Source: Myxococcota bacterium
Lineage (GTDB): Bacteria > Myxococcota_A > UBA9042 > PHBI01 > JAWLBL01
Length of the DNA: 64,000 bases
Direction of reading: 5' to 3'
Assembly (NCBI GenBank): GCA_041687695.1
Contig: JAWLBL010000007.1
Location: forward strand, 160,001 to 224,000
Position numbers and translations under genes: made by a program. The notes beneath the pieces are model-generated. The model had not been told where the DNA came from, did not search any database, and saw nothing but the letters and a program-made list of their open reading frames with translations. Below, in pieces: positions 27,310 through 38,209 of the stretch. The stretch's first letter is position 1; each line of letters starts with the position of its first letter.

Positions 27310-28902
27310 GTGAACCTACCCAAGCCCGGGGCGGCGCGCGCGTGCGCCTTCGTCCTGCTCGCGACTTCCGCTCTGCTCGCTGCGTGCGGCTCCGACGGCC
27401 CCGGCGCGCCCACCTCCGACGCCCCAGGCTCGGACGCCGACACCTCCGCGCCCGACCCGGACGTCCCCGACAGCGCGGACGACGCGGCGGACGCGACCGA
27501 CGCGACCGACGCCGCCGAGGTCGACGACGGCGACGCGATCGGCTGGACCTCCGGCGACTTCGACGCCGACCTGTGCGCCCCGCTCGCCGCGCTGGCTTGC
27601 GCCCAGTCGGTGCCCTGCGCGTGCCCGCAGGCCCCCGAAGCCGACTTCGACGAGGCGGCGTGCCGGCTCGACTACACGGCGCGATGCCTCGAAGACGTGG
27701 CCGTCCTGGCCGGACACGTCGCCTCGGGGGCGCTGCTGTTCGACGGCGCCGCCGCGCAGGACTGCGTGGCCGAGGTGGCCGCCGGGCTCGGACCCTGCGA
27801 GCCGCCGAGCCTGTGGATGGGCGGCGTCGCCTGCGGGCGCATGCTCTCGACCCCGACGCCGGTCGGCCAGCCGTGCCAGGGGCCGGTCTGCGCCAGCTTC
27901 GCGGGCGAGTGCTTCGAGGGCACCTGCCGCCCGCTGCCGAACGCCGGGCAGGCCTGTCAGGGCGCGTGCGCGGGCGGGGCCCTGTGCCTGGGCGGCGTCT
28001 GCGGTGACCGGGTCGGGCAGGGCGGCGCGTGCCAGGCGGACGGGCAGTGTCAGCCCCCGCTCCGATGCCTCGCGGGCAGCTGCGAGCCGCTCGGGGGCCC
28101 CAGCGCGGCCTGCCAGGAAGACGCCCAGTGCGCCTCGGGTCACCGCTGCGAGGGCGGCGCTTGCGTCCGGGTCACCACCGCCGACTGCTCGAGCGACGCC
28201 GTCTGCGGCAACGCCGGCGTGTGCGTCGGCCAGGCCGGGCGCACGTGCGACCCGCTGGCCGCCGAGGGCGAGGCCTGCGAGTACGCCGAGCACTGCGATC
28301 CGGCGCTGTGGTGCGTGCCCGACAGCAAGACCTGCGCGCCCCGTCCCGGCCAGGACGAGGCCTGCGCGGACGGTGTGTACTGCGCGCCGGGCCTGGGCTG
28401 CGCCGAGCTGGACCACACCTGCCAGCCGCTGCCGGGCGACGGCGAGATGTGCGCCTTCGGCCCCGGCGGACCGCTCTGCGCCGAGCCGCTGGCCTGCGTC
28501 GACGGGCAGTGCGCGCCGCTCCCCGGCCTGGACCAACCCTGCGCGATGGACAACCGCTGCGCCGCCCCCTACGGCTGCGACTTCACGCCCGAGGGCAGCG
28601 TCTGCAAGGCGCGCCGGCCCGCGGGTGGCGCCTGCGAGGCCGACTGGATCTGCGACGACGGCCTGTTCTGCGACCACACCCAGAGCCAGTGCGCGCCGCA
28701 CTACGCGACCGGCGCGGCGTGCAGCCAGGGCGGCGAGTGCGGCCCCGCCGGATCCTGCCTGCCGGACGGGCAGGGGGCCTTCGCCTGCGCGCCGCTGCCC
28801 GGCCTGGGGGACGGGTGCCTGTTCGACTGCGCCGAGGGCGCCTGCCGGTTGCACGTCGCCTGGTCGGCCTGCGCGCCGGCGGTCTGCGGTGCCATCGACT
28901 GA
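27310..28902 (+). CDS. Cysteine-rich lipoprotein
   Basis: Lipobox LLAAC, Asp-rich linker, repeated G..C....C...L.C....C modules; GGAG SD. Confidence 0.75.
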   Translation: MNLPKPGAARACAFVLLATSALLAACGSDGPGAPTSDAPGSDADTSAPDPDVPDSADDAADATDATDAAEVDDGDAIGWTSGDFDADLCAPLAALACAQSVPCACPQAPEADFDEAACRLDYTARCLEDVAVLAGHVASGALLFDGAAAQDCVAEVAAGLGPCEPPSLWMGGVACGRMLSTPTPVGQPCQGPVCASFAGECFEGTCRPLPNAGQACQGACAGGALCLGGVCGDRVGQGGACQADGQCQPPLRCLAGSCEPLGGPSAACQEDAQCASGHRCEGGACVRVTTADCSSDAVCGNAGVCVGQAGRTCDPLAAEGEACEYAEHCDPALWCVPDSKTCAPRPGQDEACADGVYCAPGLGCAELDHTCQPLPGDGEMCAFGPGGPLCAEPLACVDGQCAPLPGLDQPCAMDNRCAAPYGCDFTPEGSVCKARRPAGGACEADWICDDGLFCDHTQSQCAPHYATGAACSQGGECGPAGSCLPDGQGAFACAPLPGLGDGCLFDCAEGACRLHVAWSACAPAVCGAID

Positions 28903-28911
28903 GCGGTCGTC

Positions 28912-28958
28912 TTCGAAAGGCCGAGGCCCCCGCGAGCGACGCTCGGCGAGGGCCTCGG
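28912..28958 (-). terminator. Terminator-like hairpin between convergent genes
   Basis: CCGAGGCCC..GGGCCTCGG stem followed on the minus strand by CCTTTCGAA. Confidence 0.55.
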
Positions 28959-28979
28959 GGCGTGGTCACCCGAGGGCGA

Positions 28980-29852
28980 CTACTTCTTGTTCTTCCAGTC
29001 GGCCAGGGCCTTCTCGACCTGCGCCTTGTAGAAGAAGTACGAGTCCTTCTGGCCCAGGTCCCAGGCGACCTGGGCGAACTTGCGGGCGTCCTTGTACTTG
29101 CCCTGGCGCGCCAGGATGTCGGCCTTGATCCAGTTGTTGAACCAGGTCGACTTGATGGCGATCGACTGCTCGGCGTACTTGAGCGCGGTCGGCAGATCGC
29201 CCGCCGTGTCGGCCATGTAGCGGGCGGCCGCCAGGTGGTTGCGCCAGGCGTTGTTCAGGGCGGCGTCGATGTTCGCCTTGGCCTGCTCGGAGGTCTGGGC
29301 GAGCACCGGGACCGAGACCTTGAGGGTGGCCCACTCGAGGTCCAGCGTCGTGGCGTCGTCGGTCGTGTTCGAGAACAGGAAGGTCAGGCGCTCGCGGGCG
29401 GGGATCTCGGTCGCCGTGACCTCGACGCGGGCGGCGTCATCCTTGGGGTCGTACTGCTTGCCGCCCGAGTACAGGTCGGTGGCCTTCGAGAGGATGACCG
29501 TCCAGGTCTTCTGGCCGGGGATCGAGACGATCGCGTAGGTGCCGGCCGGGACGGGCTTGCCGCCGAAGGTCACGTCCTTGCTGAAGGTGATCTTGGTGGA
29601 CGCGTTCGCGCCGGTGCGCCAGGGCTTGTCCCAGGGGACGAGGCCGCCAAAGATGGCGCGGCCTTTGACGCCCGGGCTCGAGTACTCGACCGTGACGTCG
29701 GTCAGGCCGACGCGCTGCTTGACCATCGCCGGCGGGCTGGCGGCGGGGAGCTCGAGCTGCTGGGCCGCCGCGGGCACGGCCGCGAGCAGGCAGAGGGCCC
29801 CGAGGGCGCTGCGGAGGGCTACCTTGTTCATCTTCGGCACGTCCTTGGACAC
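28980..29852 (-). CDS. DUF2911-like secreted protein with C-terminal TPR
   Basis: Signal peptide; SPPA.VKQRVGLTDVTVEYSSP..KGR.IFG.LVP....WRTGAN; start could be ATG 29831. Confidence 0.8.
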   Translation of the reverse strand: MSKDVPKMNKVALRSALGALCLLAAVPAAAQQLELPAASPPAMVKQRVGLTDVTVEYSSPGVKGRAIFGGLVPWDKPWRTGANASTKITFSKDVTFGGKPVPAGTYAIVSIPGQKTWTVILSKATDLYSGGKQYDPKDDAARVEVTATEIPARERLTFLFSNTTDDATTLDLEWATLKVSVPVLAQTSEQAKANIDAALNNAWRNHLAAARYMADTAGDLPTALKYAEQSIAIKSTWFNNWIKADILARQGKYKDARKFAQVAWDLGQKDSYFFYKAQVEKALADWKNKK

Positions 29853-29876
29853 GAATGGGGGTGGAAAATCGATGGG

Positions 29877-29904
29877 AGTCTATGAAGGCGGACGGCCGTG
29901 TCAA
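29877..29904 (-). promoter_or_regulatory. Sigma70-type promoter
   Basis: TTGACA-N16-TAGACT upstream of the DUF2911-like gene. Confidence 0.5.
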
Positions 29905-29922
29905 TGCAAGGGCAGGGCGGGA

Positions 29923-30993
29923 TCACACACCAGCGAGCCGCACCGGGGTCCGCTTGGCCCCCCACGCCCCCGGAGGCCCGTCGAAGACGCCCGCGAGCGC
30001 CTCGCCGCAGCCCTGGCACCGCCCGGCGGCGTCCAGTCGCCAGCGCTCGAGCTCGTACCAGTCGCGCTGGATGACCACCTCGCCGCACCCGTGGCACAGG
30101 GTCGCGTCGCCTTCGGGATCGTGCACGTTCCCCGTGTAGACGTGCCGGAGGCCGGCCTCGCGGGCGACGCGTCGCGCGCGCTGCACGGTCGCCAGGGACG
30201 TCGCCGGAACCTCGCGCATCCGGAAGTCCGGGTGGAAGGCGCTCAGGTGCAGCGGCACGTCCGGGCCCATGTGCTCGGCCAACCACCCGGCGAGCTGGGC
30301 CACCTCGGCGTCCGAGTCGTTGAGCCCCGGGATGAGCAGGGTGGTGACCTCGACCCAGACGTGCGTCTCGCGGGCCAGGTACTCCAGCGTCTCCAGCACC
30401 GGCCCCAGCTTCGCGAAGCAGATCCTTTCGTAGAACCCCTCGGTGAACGCCTTGAGGTCCACGTTGGCGGCGTCCATCGCCCCGAAGAAGTCCGCCCGCG
30501 CCGCCTCGCCGATGTACCCGGCCGTGACCGCGACCGTCTTGATCCCTCGCGCGCGGCAGGCCGCCGCCGTGTCGATGGCGTACTCCGCCCAGATGACGGG
30601 ATCGTTATAAGTAAAGGCGACGCTCCGGCAGCCCAGCCGGCCCGCGGCGGCCGCGATGGCCTCCGGGGTGGCCGCGTCGCTCATCCGCTCGACCTCGCGA
30701 GACTTCGAGGTCTCCCAGTTCTGGCAGAACTTGCACCCCAGGTTGCAGCCGGCCGTGCCAAAGGACAGCACCGGCGTGCCCGGCAGGAAGTGGTTGAGCG
30801 GCTTCTTCTCGATGGGGTCGACGCAGAAGCCCGTGCTGCGGCCCCAGGTGGTCAGGACCAGGCCGTCGCCCTCGCGGGCGCGCACGAAGCAGAAGGCGCG
30901 CTGCCCGTCGTGCAGGCGGCAGTGGCGCGGACACAGGTCGCACTGGATGCGTCCGTCGTCCAACGCGTGCCAGTATCGGGCTGGATGGTTCAT
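29923..30993 (-). CDS. amrS: AmmeMemoRadiSam system radical SAM enzyme
   Basis: CDLCPRHC, DPIEKKPLNHF.PG, GCNLGCKFCQNW, FTYNDP, NVDLKAF, YTGNV. Confidence 0.88.
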   Translation of the reverse strand: MNHPARYWHALDDGRIQCDLCPRHCRLHDGQRAFCFVRAREGDGLVLTTWGRSTGFCVDPIEKKPLNHFLPGTPVLSFGTAGCNLGCKFCQNWETSKSREVERMSDAATPEAIAAAAGRLGCRSVAFTYNDPVIWAEYAIDTAAACRARGIKTVAVTAGYIGEAARADFFGAMDAANVDLKAFTEGFYERICFAKLGPVLETLEYLARETHVWVEVTTLLIPGLNDSDAEVAQLAGWLAEHMGPDVPLHLSAFHPDFRMREVPATSLATVQRARRVAREAGLRHVYTGNVHDPEGDATLCHGCGEVVIQRDWYELERWRLDAAGRCQGCGEALAGVFDGPPGAWGAKRTPVRLAGV

Positions 30994-31030
30994 GCGTGAC
31001 CCCGTAGGCTCCCGGGTCGGGAGCGAGGCC

Positions 31031-31882
31031 ATGAAGACAAGCACCATGCGTCGTGAGACCACCCCCCAGCGACCGCAGCGTGCCACCACCGACGCGCCGC
31101 CCTGGGACGCCTTCCATCCCCGCTGGCTCGGGCCGCACCCTCAGGCGGGCGACGCGGGCGTCGTCGTGGTCCACGGCTTCACGGGCTCCGTGTGGGACGT
31201 GCTGCCCCAGGCCGAGGCCCTGGCCGACGCCGGCCATCCGGTCGTGGTCCCCTGCCTGCACGGCCACGACCGCGGCCCCGGCGGCATCCAGGGCGCGCGC
31301 CTGCACGACTGGCGCCGCGACGTCCGCGCGCCCGCCGAGGCGCTCTACGAGGCGACCGGCCGCCCCATCCTGGTCGTCGGCCTGTCCATGGGCAGCCTGC
31401 TCGCCATCGATCTGGCCCTGTCCGGCGCCGTCCCCATCGCCGGCCTGGCCCTGCTGGCTTCGCCGCTGGCCATCGGCCGCCTCTCCAGCGCCGTCGCCGC
31501 CCTGTCGGTCTCGCCCCGCACCCCCTGGGCCGCGTCCGTCCACTGGCCCAAGCTCGGCGGCTCCGACATCTCGAACCGCGCCCCGACCCCCGGCGCCCGC
31601 GCGACGCCCCTGCGCGCCGCCCACGAGCTGTTCCAGCTGCGCGACCACGTCCGCGCCGGCCTCGGCCGCCTGACCGTGCCCCTGCTCGTCGTCCACGGCC
31701 GCCAGGACCACACGGCGCCGGTCGCCGGCGCCTACGAGCTGGCCCACGCCGCCGTCGCCGCCCCGTCGCTGCGCCTCGTCGTGCTCGACGAGGGCTGGCA
31801 CGTCATCACCCGCGACGTCAGCGCCGCCCGCGTCACCCTCGAGGTGCTCGCCTTCGCCGCCCGCGTGGCCCCGGCCCGCTGA
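31031..31882 (+). CDS. Carboxylesterase / monoacylglycerol lipase-like hydrolase
   Basis: VHGFTGS, GLSMGS, HGRQDH, GWHVIT. Confidence 0.8.
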   Translation: MKTSTMRRETTPQRPQRATTDAPPWDAFHPRWLGPHPQAGDAGVVVVHGFTGSVWDVLPQAEALADAGHPVVVPCLHGHDRGPGGIQGARLHDWRRDVRAPAEALYEATGRPILVVGLSMGSLLAIDLALSGAVPIAGLALLASPLAIGRLSSAVAALSVSPRTPWAASVHWPKLGGSDISNRAPTPGARATPLRAAHELFQLRDHVRAGLGRLTVPLLVVHGRQDHTAPVAGAYELAHAAVAAPSLRLVVLDEGWHVITRDVSAARVTLEVLAFAARVAPAR

Positions 31883-31899
31883 GCCCGCTCGTCCGGGCC

Positions 31900-31968
31900 T
31901 TCGAAACGACCGAGGGCGGGTGCCCGTGACCTCCCGGTCCCGGGCCGCCCGCCCTCGGCGCGTCACCT
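31900..31968 (-). terminator. Terminator-like hairpin after the small Cys protein gene
   Basis: CCGAGGGCGGG..CCCGCCCTCGG stem followed by TCGTTTCGAA on the minus strand. Confidence 0.55.
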
Positions 31969-32010
31969 CGGCGGCCGCCCTCCGTCAGCTCGGGGGCCGC
32001 GCGCGTCGGG

Positions 32011-32196
32011 TCAGGACTTGGCGAACACGACCCGCGCCTCCTGGCCCTGCGCGCACTTGAAGCAGGGCTTGTCCTTCTGGTTGAGGGCGTTGGCGTCCAC
32101 GAACTTCGCCATGCACTCGAAGATCGGCATGCGGCGGGCGAAGGCGCGGCAGTAGAACGTGGTGGGGTTCTCGAACGACTTGGGCTGCAGCTGCAT
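32011..32196 (-). CDS. 61-aa protein with four Cys (possible metal-binding)
   Basis: GAGGAGGT SD, strongly biased codons, own terminator; C-x11-C-x16-CxxC. Confidence 0.72.
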   Translation of the reverse strand: MQLQPKSFENPTTFYCRAFARRMPIFECMAKFVDANALNQKDKPCFKCAQGQEARVVFAKS

Positions 32197-32624
32197 GGTG
32201 TGAACCTCCTCGCGACGGGTCCGGGTCTGGGATGGAGATGCGACCCGTTGCGGGCCGCCGGACCCTGCGTCAAGGTGAGCGGTTTGGGGGTCGTCCCTGT
32301 TGGAAGGGGCGGCGCTGAATAACCAATCAATTCTTTCGTTGCAAGGGGCCCCGCCGGGCTTTTCGCGATAACGCTCGGCTATACGCCGACGCCCCGCACG
32401 GCAGGCCGTCCTTGACGCGACGGGTCATGAAACCGGCCCCGCATGGCAGCGCCCGTCGCCGCGTCCATGACGCGCGTCAAGGCCGCGTCATCGCGCCGTC
32501 GTGATCGCGCCGCGGGGGCGTCACGGCCGACGCCCGGCAAACCGGAGCTTGCCCAGCCCCGCCGCCGGGACTATCTAGGGCGACCATCCCGTCCAGCACC
32601 CGGGCGGGCGCCGAGGCCAGCACC

Positions 32625-34603
<1,979 letters not shown>

Positions 34604-34607
<4 letters not shown>

Positions 34608-35902
34608 CCCGACCCCTGTCCCACGACAAGTCCGCCGAGGCCTTCGAGGCCGCGCGCGTCCGCATGCCGGGCGGCGTCAACAGCCCGGCGCGCGCCTGCC
34701 GCTCCGTCGGCGCCGACCCCATCTTCGTCGCCGGCGGCGCCGGGCCGTGGCTGGTCGACGAGGACGGCAACCGCTACCGCGACTACGTCGGCGCGTTCGG
34801 CCCGCTCATCCTCGGTCACCGTCACCCCGAGGTCGTCGCCGCCCTCGAGGCCCAGCTCGCGCGCGGCTGGGGCTACGGCGCGCCGACCGTGGGCGAGACG
34901 GCCCTGGCCGAGCACATCGCCGCCGTCGTCCCCGGCATCGAGCGCCTGCGCCTGGTCAGCTCGGGCACCGAGGCCACCATGAGCGCCCTGCGCGTCGCCC
35001 GCGGCTTCACCCGGCGCGATCGCATCCTGAAGTTCGAGGGCTGCTACCACGGCCACGCCGACGCCCTGCTGGTCAAGGCCGGCAGCGGCGCCTTGACCCT
35101 GGGCGCGCCCGACTCGGCCGGCGTCACGCGCGGCGCGGCGGCCGACACCCTGGTCGCCCCCTACAACGACCTCGACGCCGTCCGGGCGCTGTTCCAGCAG
35201 CACCCGGACGAGATCGCCGCCGTCATCCTCGAGCCGGTCGTCGGCAACATGGGCGTCGTCCCGCCGCTGCCCGGCTTCCTCGAGGGGCTGCGCGAGCTGA
35301 CGCGCGACCACGGCGCCCTGCTCATCTTCGACGAGGTGATGACCGGCTTCCGCGTCCACATGGGCGGCGCGCAGGCCCTGTACGGCGTCACCCCCGACCT
35401 CACGTGCCTGGGCAAGATCGTCGGCGGCGGCCTGCCGACCGGTGCCTTCGGCGGGCGCGCCGACGTCATGGGCGTGGTCGCCCCCGAGGGGCCGGTCTAC
35501 CAGGCGGGCACGAACTCGGGGAACCCGCTCAGCGTCGCCGCCGGCGCCAAGACGCTCGAGGTCCTCGAGCGCGACCGCCTGCACGAGTGGCTCGAGACCC
35601 TCGGCGCGCGCCTTCAGGCCGGCCTCGAGGACGCGCTGGCCCAGACGGGCGTCACGGGCTGCGTGCAGCGAGTCGGCTCCATGCTGACGCTCTTCTTCGC
35701 CGAGGGGCCCGTGCGCCGCCTCGACGACGTCCCGCCCGACGCGCCGGCCCGCTTCGGCGCCTTCTTCCGCGGCATGAGAGAGCGCGGCGTGCTGTTGCCG
35801 CCCAGCCAGTACGAGGCCTGGTTCATCTCGGCGGCCCACGAGACCGCCGACATCGACGCCACGGTCGAGGCCGCCCGAGAGGTCCTCTCGGCCATGGCCT
35901 GA
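34604..35902 (+). CDS. hemL: Glutamate-1-semialdehyde 2,1-aminomutase
   Basis: [55 protein letters not shown]. Confidence 0.93.
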
Positions 35903-36008
35903 ACCCCCCGGACGGGCCCGTCCGGCCAGCGCGCGCGAGCGCGATAGCCTTGACTGCCCGGGGGCTTGGTGATAACCCCCGCTCGCGACTTGGCGAGGTG
36001 GTAAGCAG

Positions 36009-36392
36009 ATGCTCGAGCACTACGAGCCCTATGTCCCAATCCTCCTGCTGACGCTCGTCGTCGCGGGCATGGCGGCGGTCATCCTGCTGCTGAACTACAT
36101 GCTCGGCCCCAAGCGGCCGACGCGTGAGAAGGGCATCCCCTACGAATCCGGCGTGGACCCGGTCGGCTCGGCGCGCCATCGCTTCAGCGTCAAGTTCTAC
36201 CTGACCGCCATCCTGTTCCTGGTCTTCGACCTCGAGGTGGTCTTCGTGCTGCCCTGGGCGGCGAACTACCGGGGCTTCCTGATGGACCCGGAGTTCGCGG
36301 GCGTGGCGTTCTGGGGGATGGGCTTCTTCGTGCTCGTGCTGGCCCTGGGCCTTCTGTACGAGTGGCGCCGCGGCTCCCTCAATTGGGAATGA
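36009..36392 (+). CDS. nuoA: NADH-quinone oxidoreductase subunit A
   Basis: PYESG, FSVKFYLTAILFLVFDLE, YEWRRG.L.W. Confidence 0.93.
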   Translation: MLEHYEPYVPILLLTLVVAGMAAVILLLNYMLGPKRPTREKGIPYESGVDPVGSARHRFSVKFYLTAILFLVFDLEVVFVLPWAANYRGFLMDPEFAGVAFWGMGFFVLVLALGLLYEWRRGSLNWE

Positions 36393-36453
36393 CCCCGCAC
36401 CCGCACCCGCACCGGTACCCGCGCTCGCGGCCTGTCCGGATGGAGTCGAATCG

Positions 36454-36957
36454 ATGAGCCAAGCGGTCGTGCAGGCCATCAAGGCCCGTTTCCCCGACGC
36501 CGTGGTCGCCACCCACGCCTGGCGCGGCGACGACACCGTCATCTTGAAGCGCGAGTCCCTCGTCGACGTGTGCCGGTTCCTCAAGACGGACCCCGCGATG
36601 GACTTCAACCTGCCGGTCGACGTCTGCGGCGTCGACTACCTGGGCAAGAAGGAGCCGCGCTTCGAGGTGGTCTACCACTTCTACAGCATCGACAAGCGGC
36701 ACCGCATCCGCCTCAAGGTCGAGGTGGACGAGGACGACTGCTGGGTCCCCTCGGTCATCGGCGTCTGGAAGGGCGTCGATTGGTTCGAGCGCGAGGCCTG
36801 GGACATGATGGGCATCCGCTTCGAGGGCCACCCGGATCTGCGCCGCATCCTCATGTACGAGGAGTTCGAGGGGCACCCGCTCCGCAAGGACTACCCCCAG
36901 CGCGGCTACCAGCCCCTCATGCCGATGCCGACGCTCGCCAGCGAGACGCCGGAGTAG
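36454..36957 (+). CDS. nuoC: NADH-quinone oxidoreductase subunit C
   Basis: RFEVVYH, WFEREAWDMMGIRFEGHPDLRRIL, GHPLRKDYP. Confidence 0.93.
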   Translation: MSQAVVQAIKARFPDAVVATHAWRGDDTVILKRESLVDVCRFLKTDPAMDFNLPVDVCGVDYLGKKEPRFEVVYHFYSIDKRHRIRLKVEVDEDDCWVPSVIGVWKGVDWFEREAWDMMGIRFEGHPDLRRILMYEEFEGHPLRKDYPQRGYQPLMPMPTLASETPE

Positions 36958-36969
36958 GCGGAGAAACGC

Positions 36970-38178
36970 ATGACCAACATCGTGCTCAAGCAGAAGGGCG
37001 ACGACCTCCTCCACACCGAGTACATGACCCTGCACATGGGCCCGTCGCACCCCGCGACCCACGGCACCGTGCAGTTCGTCCTGACGCTCGATGGCGAGAC
37101 GGTCGTCGACTTCGACGCGAAGATCGGCTACCTGCACCGCGGCTTCGAGAAGATGAGCGAGGTCTGCACCTACAACCAGGTGCTGCCCTATACGGACCGG
37201 CTCAACTACGTCTCGCCGCTGTGCAACAACGTCGGCTGGTCCCTCGCGGTCGAAAAGGCGCTCGGCATCGACGTGCCCGACCGGTGCAAATACATCCGGA
37301 TGATCATCAGCGAGATGAGCCGGGTGACCGACCACCTGACGGCCATCGGCGCCGGCGCGCTCGAGCTCGGCGGCTTCACGCCGTTCTTGTACGCCATCCA
37401 GGCGCGCGAAGAGCTGTGGGACGTCATCGAGGAGCTGACCGGCGCCCGCCTGACGACGAACTACACCCGCGTCGGCGGCCTGCGTCACGACCTGTACCCG
37501 CACTTCCCCGAGCGCTTCGCCAAGACGCGCGCCGAGGTCGAGCGGCTCATGGTCGACGTCGACAAGCTCCTCACCCGCAACCGCATCTTCTACGACCGCA
37601 TGGCGGGCACCGGCGTCATCACCGCCGCCGAGGCCATCGAGCACAGCTGGACAGGGCCGTGCCTGCGCTCGACGGGCGTCGACTACGACGTCCGCACGCA
37701 CGCGCCGTACCTCTTCTACGACCGCGTCGAGTTCGACGTCCCGGTCGGCACGCGCGGCGACAACTACGACCGCTACCTCGTGCGCCAGGAAGAGATCCGC
37801 CAGTCCTTCCGCATCATCGAGCAGTGCCTGGCCCAGATGGAGCCGGGCCCCATCAACGTCGATGACTGGACGGTGGTGCTGCCCCCCAAGGAGCAGGTCT
37901 ACAACTCCATCGAGGGGATGATCGCCCACTTCAAGATCATCATGGAGGGCGTCCACGTCCCCTCGGGCGAGGTCTACAGCTACACCGAGGCCGGCAACGG
38001 CGAGCTCGGCTTCTACATCGTCTCGGACGGCTCCGGCCGGCCCTGGCGCGTGAAGTGCCGCCCGCCGTGCTTCGCCATCATGCAGGCGCTCAAGCCCATG
38101 GTGGTCGGCTCGCTGCTCGCCGACATCATCCCGACGTTCGACACCATCAACATGATCGGCGGCGAGATCGACCGCTGA
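36970..38178 (+). CDS. nuoD: NADH-quinone oxidoreductase subunit D
   Basis: MGPSHPATHG, GYLHRGFEK, DRLNY, GELGFY, GEIDR. Confidence 0.94.
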   Translation: MTNIVLKQKGDDLLHTEYMTLHMGPSHPATHGTVQFVLTLDGETVVDFDAKIGYLHRGFEKMSEVCTYNQVLPYTDRLNYVSPLCNNVGWSLAVEKALGIDVPDRCKYIRMIISEMSRVTDHLTAIGAGALELGGFTPFLYAIQAREELWDVIEELTGARLTTNYTRVGGLRHDLYPHFPERFAKTRAEVERLMVDVDKLLTRNRIFYDRMAGTGVITAAEAIEHSWTGPCLRSTGVDYDVRTHAPYLFYDRVEFDVPVGTRGDNYDRYLVRQEEIRQSFRIIEQCLAQMEPGPINVDDWTVVLPPKEQVYNSIEGMIAHFKIIMEGVHVPSGEVYSYTEAGNGELGFYIVSDGSGRPWRVKCRPPCFAIMQALKPMVVGSLLADIIPTFDTINMIGGEIDR

Positions 38179-38209
38179 TGCGGTCCCTCGCCCTGTTCGG
38201 GAGCTGCCG

